Of a stretch of DNA of 64,000 nucleotides, positions 23,771 through 36,279 are shown one piece after another. This DNA comes from Octopus sinensis (lineage: Eukaryota): contig NC_043019.1 in the NCBI RefSeq assembly GCF_006345805.1, forward strand, positions 1,240,001 to 1,304,000, read 5' to 3'. The translations under genes were made by a program, and so were the position numbers. Positions within the stretch are counted from its first letter, which is position 1; each line of letters starts with the position of its first letter. The notes beneath the pieces were generated by a model that did not search any database, was not told the DNA's origin, and was given only the letters and a program-made list of their open reading frames with translations.

Positions 23771-24370
23771 TCAGCCATTTAATTTGGGGGAGAACTTAGC
23801 TATGAAATGTTTTCCATATTCCTCCTGAAGGGGGTGTCATTCTTCGGACACTTGTAGAAGGGAAATATCTTAAATTTTCCTTCTCCACATGTAGCTAGGT
23901 TGTGCTTAGTGGTATTTTGCGTAGTTCTTCCTGCCGAATATGTGTCGGTGTGGATCCTGGCTCGCTGGCACAAAGAATTACCAGTTTCTCCTACGTATTC
24001 TCCTTGCATGTGGGGCAGGTTATGCAGTATATGACGTTCTGCGTCTTGCAGTTCATATCTGCATTTACTTGAATATGACACCATGTTTAATCTTTATCTC
24101 TCTGTTGCTCTCTATGTATTTGTAGGTGGGGTTGCTGCAGGTCCCACATCTACCATCTCCGCACTCTTTTGCAAAGAATTCCGTTTTAGTTTCTGAGAGA
24201 ATTTCGCTCTTGTTAGGTGTTTTTTTAGGTTTTTGTCCTGTCGTCTACTGTTTTTTATGCTATATTTGTTTAATATGTTTTTCATTTGGGGCCTGTAAGG
24301 CTATTGGTAGGTTGAATGTTATGGTTTGGAAGATGTTGGTAACTCCAGGGTTGTGTGTGTTTATAAAGGG
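23771..24370 (-). pseudogene. Penelope-like element ORF C-terminus: linker plus GIY-YIG endonuclease (frameshifted)
   Basis: Frames join as PFINTHNPGVTNIFQTITFNLP / MKNILNKY..NSRRQDKNLKKHLTRAKF / GRCGTC / MNCKTQNVIYCITCPTCK / EYVGETGNSL..R / KFKIFPFYKC / HFIAKFSPKLNG*. Confidence 0.88.
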
Positions 24371-24429
24371 ATAGTGTTTTCTTTGTTTTTTTGTTTTGGG
24401 GTCCTGAGTTGTGTGATGTCTATATATCA

Positions 24430-24594
24430 CAGTCTGCTTTCGGTCTCCCTTCACCAAATTTTGGCAAACGGATTTGGACGGCCTGGGGCTATAGAAGAAT
24501 AACATCTAAGAGCCCCAGTTGCCACACAGCGGGATTGAATCTGGAACTACATAGTAGGATATCAACCAAATCATCACACAGCTACGCCTCATGC
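24430..24594 (-). mobile_element. SINE group A head, old and degenerate
   Basis: Weak homology to the group A head. Confidence 0.45.
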
Positions 24595-24879
24595 AGTTAT
24601 AACCCTTCTTCTAAAATAAATTAGTTTCACGAATAACAGAGTTCTTTATCCACTTTAATATGGCGATCTTTATTGAAGCATTGCAATATATATCTTATAT
24701 GAATCTATATATATATATCAAGAAGATTTCATTGAAATCAAAATTTTATCACATCCCAATGCAATATTGTTTGATATAATTGGAATGTTCAGCCAAACTC
24801 ATTAGCTATTGACAGTATATCTCCCTAAACGGATCTTAGTAAAATTTTATTGATCAATCAAGTCACAGTTCAGTAAGTG

Positions 24880-24886
24880 TATATTA

Positions 24887-24939
<53 letters not shown>

Positions 24940-25300
24940 GGTATGCATGTATTATGTGCGTATATATGTATATATATAATATAATATATTTATATGTTAT
25001 ATATTATATATATATATATAAATATATGTGTGTGTGTATATATATATATATGCATGTATATATATATATATGTAATATATATATATGTATGTATATATAT
25101 ATTGTATATATTATATATAATATATATAATATATATATATATATAAAAATATAAATGTATATATGTGTGTGTGTGTAGGTATATATTATATATATATATA
25201 TATTATATATATATATATTGGATAGAAAGATACACACATACATGCTGACAAACAGCATATGTATATACATACTATTATGTATCTATATATGTATAATTAT
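24880..25300. repeat. Degenerate (TA)n/(TG)n microsatellite
   Basis: Read directly from the sequence. Confidence 0.95.
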
Positions 25301-25706
25301 ATATGTGTGTATGTTTCTGCTCGTATGTGTGCGTGTGTGTAACAGAATTTAGATGTATGACTTTATAACTATAGCAGTTCCTTTCTAATTGCAAGCATTA
25401 TAAATTGCGCTTTTGCGTGTTAAAAGACGATAGATGCAATGTAATGTTTCATTTGTCAAACTTGAAAGATTCCTTTCATGTTTTCAATCTACACACTAAT
25501 CAATACATTTCACTACGTACAAATGTATTCATTCAACAAAGCTGTCAAATATATTTTAAATATATTTTACTACTATGGTGTACTCAAGCGTGGCTGTTTC
25601 GCTATTTTAGAAATCAAATGTAATGAAACGAATACCGACGAATAATATATAATGCAAACTTACACATTTCCATTCTCTTTCGAAGCTGCTTAGAACTCTT
25701 TAGTTT

Positions 25707-26272
25707 TATTGGGTTGTTCGGAAAGTTCGTACCGATTTATAGTAGCTTATATTTCAACTTATTTAGAACATGGTTGAATCCATAAAATAGGATTTGACAA
25801 TACCTCCATTTAGAGCACAGTTTAAGCTACATTTTTCTGGAAGAAGGTTTATGTTCCTATAACCTGTGTTATGGAAGATAAGGAGTATAAGGAAGATAAA
25901 TGGAAGATAAGGAAGTTCATTTTCGGCACTTGATGCCTTGGGAACCAGACAAAAATTACTGCAGCTCGCCTAAGATGTGTTACCCTACCCTCCATATTCA
26001 CCAGATATTGCTCCTTCGGATTTCCACTTCTTCAGGTCTCAGCTGAAAAGTATTAATGGTAAAAATTTCAATTCCTTAGATGACGTAAAAAGATACCTTG
26101 ATGAAACCACCTCGATTCTGGGAAGAGGGTATTTTCAAGTTAAAGGAAAGATGAAGACGCATTGTGCAACAAAATGGATGATATTTGGTTGATTATAAAT
26201 TCAATGGTAAGTATTTATTGACCTTTTTTCTTTCCTTTAAAAATCGGTAGGAACTTTCCGGACAACCCAATA
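25707..26272 (+). mobile_element. Internally deleted mariner element with both TIRs
   Basis: TIRs TATTGGGTTGTTCGGAAAGTTCGTACCGATTT / AAATCGGTAGGAACTTTCCGGACAACCCAATA; PYSPDIAPSDFHFFRS motif at 25990-26040. Confidence 0.92.
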
Positions 26273-26838
26273 GATTTAAATATGCTGTCAAATTGTAGAT
26301 GAACCGCAGATATTACATGACATTTGAATGCTTAGAAGTATGCGCAATTTCATACATTTTTACACACAAAACTTTATACATATAATCGACGACATACAAA
26401 TTTCTGATTGCTATAGTGACAACATTTTATTTTGTGTTCCAAATTATAATATATATATAATTTACAGTCGTTTCAATTAATACTCAATAATTTAATTATA
26501 CATTTCTAGATTAAATTTGTATTTATGAGTATAATTTCATCACTGAAAACGATGTAGCTTTGGTTGTTATGTGTGCGCCTATCAATTCATTTCTGCTGCC
26601 CACCTATAGCATGACGATATATGACTTTTTATAATAACGTTTTATACATTATACATATAGCTCCAAATCATTTAGTTGTATATATATTTGCTTTTCAAAA
26701 AGCCATTACATTCAGTCATAGTGTGCATTTTCTTAGATTGATACATACATTCATACATACACACACACATATATATATATATATGCACATATATTATATA
26801 TATATATATAACACACACATATACATATACATATATAT

Positions 26839-27178
26839 GAAGGCGCATGGCTCAGTGGTTAGAGCGTCGAGCTTACGATCGTGAGGTTGTGAGCTCGAAT
26901 CCCGGACCGGGCTGCGTGTTGTGTTCTTGAACAAGACACTTTATTTCACGTTGCTCCAGTTCACTCAGCTGTAGAAATGAGTTGCGACGTCACAGGTGCC
27001 AAGCTGTATCGACCTTTGTCTTTCCCTTGGATAACACTGGTGGCGTGGAGAGGGGAGGCTGGTATGCATGGGCGACTGCTAGCCTTCATAAACAACCTTG
27101 CCCGGACTTGTGTCTAGGAGGGTAACTTTCTAGTTGTGCAATCCCATGGTCATTCATGACCGAAGGGGGTCTTTACCC
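26839..27178 (+). mobile_element. SINE group D, full length (tRNA-Arg-like head)
   Basis: GGCGCATGGCTCAGTGGTTAGAGCGTCGAGCTTACGATC head with B-box-like GAGCTCGAATCCC. Confidence 0.85.
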
Positions 27179-27180
27179 TA

Positions 27181-27246
<66 letters not shown>

Positions 27247-27301
27247 AATATATATATACATTCATATGTATATATATTATATATTATTTATTTATATGTA
27301 G

Positions 27302-27362
<61 letters not shown>

Positions 27363-27585
27363 TTAATGGGAGAGACGGGAGATGGAAGATACGAGAGTTA
27401 ATATCCAAAACTACAACTGTTTCGACCTAACAATCTCGATCCCTTCCCTGAACGAACGACTGAGTGAAAGTAATGTACTTTACCGGTATGTTAAAAATTA
27501 TGGACCATCCGATTTTCTATCTACCACACACACACACACACAAACACACACACATACTTACACACATACTTATATACATACAAAC

Positions 27586-27620
<35 letters not shown>

Positions 27621-27622
<2 letters not shown>

Positions 27623-27731
27623 AGAAGAAATGAGGTACTCAGAAATGTGATTGGTTTTATATTTACAGATGTTTATTAGTATCTGTAAATATAGAACCAT
27701 CCAGATTTGTAAGTACCTCCATTTCGTCTAA
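27621..27731. repeat. (TA)n-flanked imperfect fold-back
   Basis: TTAGAAGAAATGAGGTACT..ATATTTACAGAT pairs with ATCTGTAAATAT..AGTACCTCCATTTCGTCTAA. Confidence 0.7.
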
Positions 27732-27765
27732 TATATAATACCGGTACATCATTTTCAAACTTCTA

Positions 27766-27824
<59 letters not shown>

Positions 27825-28584
27825 ATATATACGATATGTCGAAAATGAGAATGAGTTGTCAACAACTCATTGCTGGATAAAAAATTCTTTATTTGTGTAC
27901 TAAGACTACCATTCGTCTTATAGTAAATAAAGTATCTTCATTTCTTAATGATTTTCAGGCCGATCACATGGAGAAATATTAATAATGTGCTTCAATTCAA
28001 AATGGAGACGAACTCCATTCCTTCGTGTAATCGGGCAGAAAAATCGTTGAGAATTAAAAATAATTTCAACATGAAAACAATACACTAATTAAGTGTATAT
28101 ATATATAGTATATATATATATATATATATTATTTGTTGTTGTGTGTGTGTGTGGTTCATGACGTAAACAGAATGAGAAATAATCATTTTTGGAACAATGA
28201 TTCTGAAGAAAACAAAGGAACAGACAATAACGTATAAATATCGGGTTAAAAAACGTATTGGTATAAAATCTCGAAGGATGCCCTTGGGGCTCGTAAGCGT
28301 AAACAAGACACAGAACCAGTGCAGTCCTTGATGCTTATATATGTGCGTGTGTGTGTTTGTGTATATGTGTGGACACGCATGTGTGTGTTTGTGTGTGTGT
28401 GTGCATGCGTGTGCATGTGCGTGTATATATGTATGTGACCCCACTCTCTCTCTCTGTACGCATAAAATACCCAGGCATAACAGAATTATATATACACCAT
28501 ATAGAACATAGTTCATAGTTCTATGCTTCTTCTGACTCGTGAAGTTTTAAAATTTTTATTAAGTGATATTTTTAGGTTTCACAT

Positions 28585-29870
28585 TCTATATGTGACTGTT
28601 TAATCATGCCATGTACAAAAGACGCCTTGAAGCTGTCTGAATTTCAAAGAAGCCGTACTGATGTTCACACTGAAGTTGGACAAGGTCAGTGTTCAATCGT
28701 GGAAAACCTTGGGATTCTGCTTTCTACAGTTAATACAGTGATTATGCAATTCCCCAGAGAGGGGAAGGAGTCCACAGCATTTCGCGCAGGTCAACCAGGT
28801 CCCTCTGACAGGGACTTTCTTTTTGCTAAGAGAAGTGAGAAGAATAATCTTAGTTGCAAGGCCTCTAACTTAGCAGAAAAAGTCGGTGCCAGTTTCAGAA
28901 CATCTGTCAGGGATCCCTACAAATTTCGTTACTGTAGCAGAGCGACAAGAATAAATAACATAAAGCAGAGAAAATGTTGGACCAGTGAGATGGTAGAGAG
29001 GCCGCTTGCATTTTGAGATACTGTCATAATCTCTGACAAGTCTAGATTTGCTGTATTTCCTGACAGTGGTCGAGTGTGGGTGTGGATACTCTTTGATCAA
29101 GACAGGGACTTTCTTTTTGCTAAGAGAAGTGTGGAGAATAATCCTAGTTGCAAAGCCTTTGACATAGCAGGAAAAGTTGGTGCCAGTCTCAGAACAGCTG
29201 TCAGGGATCCCTACAAACTTAGTTACTGTAGCAGAGCGGCAAGACTAAATAACATCAAGCAGAGAAAATGTTGGACCAGTGAGATGGTGGAGAAGTCATT
29301 AGAATTTTGAGATTCTGTCATAATCTCTGATGAGTCCAGATTTGCTGTATTTCCTGACAGTGGTCGAGTGTGGGTCTGGATACTCTTTGATCAAGAATTT
29401 GATGGGGAAGGATTGAAGCCAACAAGGAAATACGGCAGTCACTCTGTGATGGTTTGAAGAACAATTTGGAGCATTGGTGGATCAGAGGTGGTAGAGCTGG
29501 TGGAGTGTGAGGAAAATATTGCAATTTTCTCCTGTGGTGAATATATTTAAAGAAGATTATTTATGAAAGAGGGGCTCCTTGTCACGCGTCTAAAATTACC
29601 CAAGGTTTTGTTGGAAGTGAATAGTATTCCAAATCTTCTATGGCCAAGCCAACCACCAGATATGAACACTCTTCAACACCTCTGGTGCATAATGGACAGG
29701 AAACCTCATAAAACGAACAAGAAAGCATCATCAGAGCTAACATTTCTGAGATCACTGCATGAAACTTGGCAAGAAATTCCGCAAGAGAATATTCATAATC
29801 TGGTCAGTAACACGACTAATAGGATCCTTGGTTTGATGAATACTTTTGCGTATTTACCAAAATTTTACAA
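28585..29870 (+). mobile_element. Decayed Tc1-type transposon with internal tandem duplication
   Basis: LSEFQR..LGILLSTV..R.GQP..SDRD HTH-like region, SDESRF and WPSQPPDMNTLQHLW motifs. Confidence 0.85.
28807..29394. repeat. Tandem duplication of 294 bp (28807-29100 and 29101-29394)
   Basis: Both units start GACAGGGACTTTCTTTTTGC and end CTCTTTGATCAA, with scattered substitutions. Confidence 0.92.
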
Positions 29871-29929
29871 CAATAGAGGGCGGAAAAGGAATTATTCAGA
29901 ATTTATATATATATATATATATATATTAT

Positions 29930-30150
29930 ATTAAATTAGAGACAAAACACTATTAGGCAAATCATACAATGACAAAACTTAAGCCAATACATAAGATTAT
30001 TTAATTGTATCATGTATTTAAATATATAACAAATTATTTTAAAAAATATAATTAATATATCACTACGATCGTTTCATGGCTGTTAATTTCTTTAAATTTT
30101 CAAGTCACAGACATTCATCAGGTGGTTTAAATTTATCTTGGCGAGGTTTA
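29930..30150 (-). mobile_element. Penelope-like pLTR-type fragment carrying a hammerhead
   Basis: On the plus strand it starts TAAATTAGAGACAAAACACTATTAGGC, like 192, 18016 and 21441; bounded by (TA)n. Confidence 0.65.
30061..30125 (-). ncRNA. Type I hammerhead ribozyme, core intact
   Basis: Minus strand: CAC-CTGATGA-ATGTCTGT-(23-nt loop)-ACAGCCAT-GAAAC-GATC-GT-A-GTG. Helix I is 3 bp, helix II is 7 of 8 bp, helix III is the palindrome ACGATCGT and the triplet is GUA (predicted cut between 30064 and 30063). Confidence 0.78.
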
Positions 30151-30174
30151 AACAATATATATAATATATATATA

Positions 30175-30223
<49 letters not shown>

Positions 30224-30304
30224 GTGTGTGTGTGTGTGTGTGTGTGTGTGCTATATGTATTATATACATACACACAACACATATATATATATATATATAT
30301 ATAA

Positions 30305-31150
30305 TTGATTAATTAATAAAAATGGAGAAAAAAACAAGAAAGACAACAACGCGATCAAGGAAGGAAAGAAAAGGTGTTTTACGTTTCTTCAGAAATAGGA
30401 GACTGAGGAACGTTTAAAAGAAAAGGTAGCCGGAGGACAAAAAAAACGGTCAGCAATCCACATGTAGTTATATTTTGGAATGAATGGAAGAAGGTGGAAG
30501 GAAAAATGTGCTTTCTGAAAGAGCAGTGTCTAAAGAAAGGTTGATAGTGTGAGCACACAATGTGTGTGTGTGTGGGTGTGTGCTTGTGTGATACAAGGTG
30601 TTTCTGTGTGTTTATATATTGTAGCGTGTGAGTGTGGCAATAACTGAGTGTGAGTGAGTGCGTGTGGTAGTAGTGGCATGTGTGTGGGTAGGACAGCATG
30701 TGTTGTGCGTGAGAGGTATATAGTGCGTTCATATGTGTGTGCTCGTAAGTGTACGTGTTTGTATGTGTATGCGTGTATGTACGTGTGTGTATGCATATGT
30801 GCACGTGTATATATAAAAATAGAATAAAAACATAGAGAAAACCCTGAGAAAAAGCAGAAAAAAGATGCAAGATCAAAAATAAATATTCAAAATAATACAA
30901 AATAATGAAAAATGATATAGTAATAAAGGTTACAGAATAAAAAATAAAAAGCTAAAAATTAGAGATTAATACAATGATAAATTAAGAGGAAATGGAAAAG
31001 GAGATAAGGTAATATATAAATACAATGGAAAAGGAGAAACGAAATATATAAATACAATGGAGAGAACGATAAAAACTCGATAAAAACAAGTTATAATTAT
31101 AAAAGGTGAATGAATAAAAGATAGGAAAAAAGTTATTTTTTCAGGGAGGG
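30305..31150 (-). mobile_element. Probable Penelope-like non-coding remnant with (CA)n-rich interior
   Basis: (TA)n-bounded; its end resembles 33290-33400 and 46597-46690; same simple-repeat architecture as 22755-23770. Confidence 0.4.
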
Positions 31151-31659
31151 TGTAGAGATAGTCATTCAGAGAAGTCCGAAAGTACTTTGTGTTTCTAGAG
31201 TGAAAATATAATGCTGCTCCAGGTGGAGTCGACTGCTGGTTGATCCATGGTATAGGGCAAGGCCAAAGACGATGATGTTAGAGGTGGAGTAGTTGGCCGA
31301 GCAAATATATATATATATAGTAAGTTAAGCGGGCCGTCGGTTGGCTGAGTGGTTCACCGAACAAACTACTTTCGGACAAACCCAACCTCTCAATGAGTGA
31401 TGATGATTAATTTGCTGTTAATATAAACAATTATTCACTTCCAAATCTCCGCTTTGCTTCTTTTCTTTTATATGAATATAAACTGTATGTTTTTCTATAT
31501 ATACCTATTAATTTAAGGAACTTAATTCCCCCAAACTACTAAGTTTTGGACCAGTATATCAGAAACACACATTCATTGCAATTCTAAAAGTACTTGCTGC
31601 CCAACACACTGGAAGACTAATATTCCATTTAATCTACCAAGACGAATTTGCACAATTGT

Positions 31660-32385
31660 TTCAAATTATGAAACATTTAATAAAGGTATCCAGGAATTGC
31701 GTTTTTACTAGTTAATATTAGTTAATTTTTGTTTATTTTCAGATCATTAAAATGGAATGTCAAATTAAGAAAAACGAGCATTTTCGACACCTCCTTCACT
31801 TTGCCTTTAATCAAGGTTCGAATGCCTCAAAAGCTGCTCGCAGCATTTGTACTGTGTATGGAGAGGGTGCCATAGCTGAAAGAACCGCTTGTGATTGGTA
31901 TTCGAAGATCAAAAATGGCTATTTTGAGCTCAACAACGTACCTCGCTCTGGCCGTCCAGTTGAGTTCGATGAACACCGATTAAAACAACGTTTGCAGAAA
32001 ATTTTCGTCCAACCACAAGGGAACTGACAGAGAAAATGGAATTCTCCCACACTGCTATAGAGAAGCATTTTCACTCGATGGGAAAGGTTCAGAAGTATGG
32101 AGCATGGGTTCTGCATGCTTTAAGTGACAACAACAAAAATCAAGGAGCCACACTTTCCGGTGATTTGCTCGTCACCGCTCAACTCATGGACACAAGCAAC
32201 GATTTCTTTACCGAATCGATACTGGCGACGAAAAATGGTGCCTGTACATCAATATGAAGCAGCGGAAGGAATTGCTTAACCTCGTCAAACAAGCGACACC
32301 GCGCGTGAAACAAGATCGTCTGCGTAAAACGATGTTGTGCGTATGTTGGAACTGGGAAGGGATTATTCGACTCTGATAATAGCCC
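31660..32385 (+). mobile_element. Decayed mariner transposon, 5' half
   Basis: MECQIKKNEHFRHLLHFAFNQGSNASKAARSICTVYGEGAI...RSGRPVEFDE (mariner HTH), AWVLHAL, and IDTGDEKWCLYINMK in a shifted frame. Confidence 0.9.
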
Positions 32386-32733
32386 GCTATTCGGATTGTC
32401 TGCACTTCAGGAAACACCCCAAATTCACACCCAAATTGACGCTATATATAGGTATATATATGTGTGTGTGTGCGTGTGTGTGTGCGTGTGTGTGTGTGGA
32501 TGGAGAGAGAGATCTATGTAATTATAAATGTACATATGTATGTAGGTATTGAATAAATACATTTTGGGGAGTCTTGTGCTATATCTTCGGTGACATATTT
32601 TCTTTAGCTCGCCCGTGAAAATTATATATTTTGTATATTCAAATAACAAAGCTACGCTAATGTGTCCGACAAGTACTTTGAATTTCATCTGCAACACAGA
32701 ATATTGGAATGTATGCGCTGATTACTCGCCGAC

Positions 32734-32764
<31 letters not shown>

Positions 32765-33019
32765 CAACATACAAACTCACACACATACATGTGCAAATAT
32801 TGTTTAGGTGTAATAATACAAGGAAACCATTGTTAGAATTCAATATTCATAAGCTTTAGACTAAAGCATACATTCGTTTGGCAAATGCAGCAGTTAATTA
32901 AGTACCGAATAGCGCATTGACTTATGTATGTATGAGGCACAGATTGCTTTTCTATACTGATATGCTTCTATCGTATACTACGAACACGCACACGCAACGT
33001 ACGTGTATATTCATATACA

Positions 33020-33047
33020 TAAATATTTATATATATATATTATATAT

Positions 33048-33089
<42 letters not shown>

Positions 33090-33195
33090 GTATATATATA
33101 TATTAATATATGTATATACATACAAAAATACACACACACACGTATATATAAATATAAATATATATACATACATATATATATATATATATATTATA

Positions 33196-33237
<42 letters not shown>

Positions 33238-33253
33238 GCATATATATGTATGT

Positions 33254-33295
<42 letters not shown>

Positions 33296-33384
33296 ATCCA
33301 AACAAGAAAGCACAAAAAAAACACGACAACGCGAGGACGTGGAACAAATATAGTATTATTGGACGCTCAGGAAAGAAGGAAAGA

Positions 33385-33417
<33 letters not shown>

Positions 33418-33429
33418 TATAATATATAT

Positions 33430-33473
<44 letters not shown>

Positions 33474-33480
33474 CATATAA
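33020..33480. repeat. (TA)n tracts with an embedded ~110-bp PLE-like fragment (33290-33400)
   Basis: Microsatellite read directly; the fragment shares ACAACGCG and CGCTCAGGAAA motifs with 30330-30360 and 46670-46680. Confidence 0.7.
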
Positions 33481-34061
33481 TGCAGCACCTCAAACTGCCT
33501 CTCTTTCTGTTAAGAATAATTTTTTAATCTTTCAAATCAGCCTTGACGCAAAGAAATTAAGTTCAGACGAAATTGAAAATATATTTTCCTCTTCTGTGAC
33601 TACAGAAGACTAAAATTTTGTCTGTGAGTTATTATACCTTTGGGTTTTGGTTGCATTTATAATTTTTGTAGACAATACAATGAGAAATCGAATAAATTGC
33701 GTTCCTGGTTTCACAATTGCCTCCAGCATGACACCTGACCATATGACAACAACGTGAACGAGGAAATCTCTGCTGGACAGAACAATGGAATCGGTAATAT
33801 ATAATTGACTGTATAATTGACAGAAGAGAATTTCTGTTGATCAACGTCGTCGGGAATGTATAAATACATTTTACCGTTGAGACAGAAACAGTTGTGAAGA
33901 CAAGCCTGCTACATTGAAACTGGATTAAACTAAAACGAAAAAAGAACAACAAACCACCTGCAAGTTCGCACTTGTTAATCACTGGTAAGTAAACATGAAT
34001 TTCGCCACCGTATAAGGCAATTACAAAGATTCAGCAAGATTACAGAAAGATTTTTATCATA

Positions 34062-34280
34062 TACTCTTTTACTCCTTTACTCTTTTACTTGTTTCAGCCA
34101 TTAGACTGCGGTCATGCTGGAGCACCGCCTTTAGTCGAGCAAATCGACCCCGGGACTTATTCTTTGTAAGCCCAGTACTTATTCTATCGGTCTATTTTAC
34201 CGAACCGCTAAGTGACGGGTACGTAAACACACCAGCATCGGTTGTCAAGCAATGCTAGGGGGACAAACGCAGACACACAA

Positions 34281-34317
<37 letters not shown>

Positions 34318-34473
34318 TACGACGGGCTTCTTTCAGTTTCCGTCTACCAAACCCACTCACAAGGCATTGGTCGGCCCAGGGCTGTAGCAGAAACACTTGC
34401 CCAAGATGCCACGCAGTGGGACTGAACTCGGTACCATGTGGTTGGTTAGCAAGCTACTTACCACACAGCCACT
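34062..34473 (-). mobile_element. SINE group A, near full length
   Basis: Homology to the other copies. Confidence 0.92.
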
Positions 34474-35189
34474 ATAGATATTTGAAACATATAGATGTTT
34501 CAAATACATAAGTAGTATTCTATTACATTACGGAACAAGGCTCTGCATTACTCAATACCTTCATCTAATACATAAAATGTTTATCTTCCTGGCCCCTATG
34601 TTCCTTGATATTTAGGTAATTTGAAAGTGAACAAAAGTTAAGATTCATCTTACGATAATCTACGTTATAATAACATTTTATTGAACAAAACGTTTCCGTA
34701 ATGCAGAGACGTCTGTAAAAATATTATGTTATATTCCGCACAATATTCTGTCGTTTGATATGAGTTTGTTGTAAATATAAAGTAATAAATTCTTTTGTTG
34801 GTTTTTAATAATATAATACGTATTTTTACTGTAAATTGATTTAAGCATGAACATATTCTTTCATATATTGAAAACATCGATTTCCAAGTCGATTATTACA
34901 CTTTACATTTCTTACTTCAGTGATTTACAGTCTATCATATCATTATTCGAAATACACGGTATAAAATATTTGCTATAAAATTCGAACATGATTTCGTCAT
35001 AGAATATTGTATTTATGCAAGTTTAAAATACCACGCCAATAGATATAAACGTTTTAGTTCATTCGCTTAGATGATGATTAAAATAATAGTTTTAGCGTAG
35101 TAAAATATCGATGATATTTCACGATATGAAGGAATTTATAACAATATATTGATTTTCACAAAGGGAAGTATTGCATTTAGTTGTTAGTA

Positions 35190-35840
35190 AGTTTCATCCG
35201 AGTTTGAAGTTATTTTTATTGGTTATTCAAAAAGCTTTATACTGAATATTTGTCATGACAAATAGTATTTATTGTAAAATAATGCTCAGTTTACTGTTGT
35301 ATATGAGTTTGAAAAATTCTTTTATATATGCTGTAGTCCCCTATAACTACCCTGTATCGCGTATGTTGTTGTAGGAGTAAAATCATCTCGTAATGCTATT
35401 CAGATTTTTCTTCTCCATATTTAGTCTCTTGTGTATGAAAATATTAAACGAGCAAATATTAATATCATTTTAGTAACAGCACTTTATAATAAATGTTACT
35501 GAAGGCTTTTGTACTCTGAACGATGTTGAAATAGGAGCAGCCGATTGGTGCCAATGTATACATAAAACATCAGAAGAGGGCTGTTTCAACTTTTCTGATT
35601 ATGCTGCCGTTTGTATTACCACTTTACTGTGTTTGATAGTTGAATGCAATGACTTTCGAAGTCACGCAATGTTTTCAAATTCATTGCAGTATCTCTAGCA
35701 TTATGTTTCCATTTATAATCTTGGAAACACTTAAACAGGAAATAAAAATAATCTGATATGAAGCCAACACAGACTTGCACATTGGGATTCTGCCGCCATG
35801 CATATAAACTTTATTTGCATTTATTATAAATATTATATAA
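35190..35840 (-). pseudogene. Putative highly decayed class A GPCR (TM3-TM7 region)
   Basis: Minus frames give FICMAAES..CASLC, SDYFYFLFKCFQDYKW and VLCTLAPIGCSYFNIV, then in one frame SAVTKMILIFARLIFSYT and TTVN*ALFYNKYYLS*QIFSIKL, in receptor-like order and spacing. Confidence 0.42.
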
Positions 35841-36043
35841 TCAACTGCAAAAGCAAAAGAAAATAAAACCGAAGTTAGTCATATCTGATAATGTATGGGT
35901 GTATTTATTTGCGTGCTTATAATAATATAATCATTAATCAACTGCTGAAATACATGACTGAATTGAACTTTACATACATCATTATACAGTGATCAAAACG
36001 CCTGCTTCTGAGGTTATATTTTATGTGTATATGTGTATGTGTG

Positions 36044-36219
<176 letters not shown>

Positions 36220-36228
36220 ATATATATA

Positions 36229-36279
<51 letters not shown>

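Noticed and set aside
26839-26915. tRNA-Arg-like sequence (also 9341 and 15581)
   Set aside because: A and B boxes are present but there is no acceptor stem pairing, and it continues into a SINE body, so it is a SINE head and not a tRNA gene.
27410-27450. Half hammerhead on the minus strand (GAGAT-TGTTAG-GTC-GAAACAGTT)
   Set aside because: The CUGANGA strand is absent or replaced (GGATCGA), so the motif cannot be supported.
30376-30395. CTGAAGAAACGTAAAAC on the minus strand as a hammerhead
   Set aside because: Helix II and G12 are missing; at best a deleted remnant.
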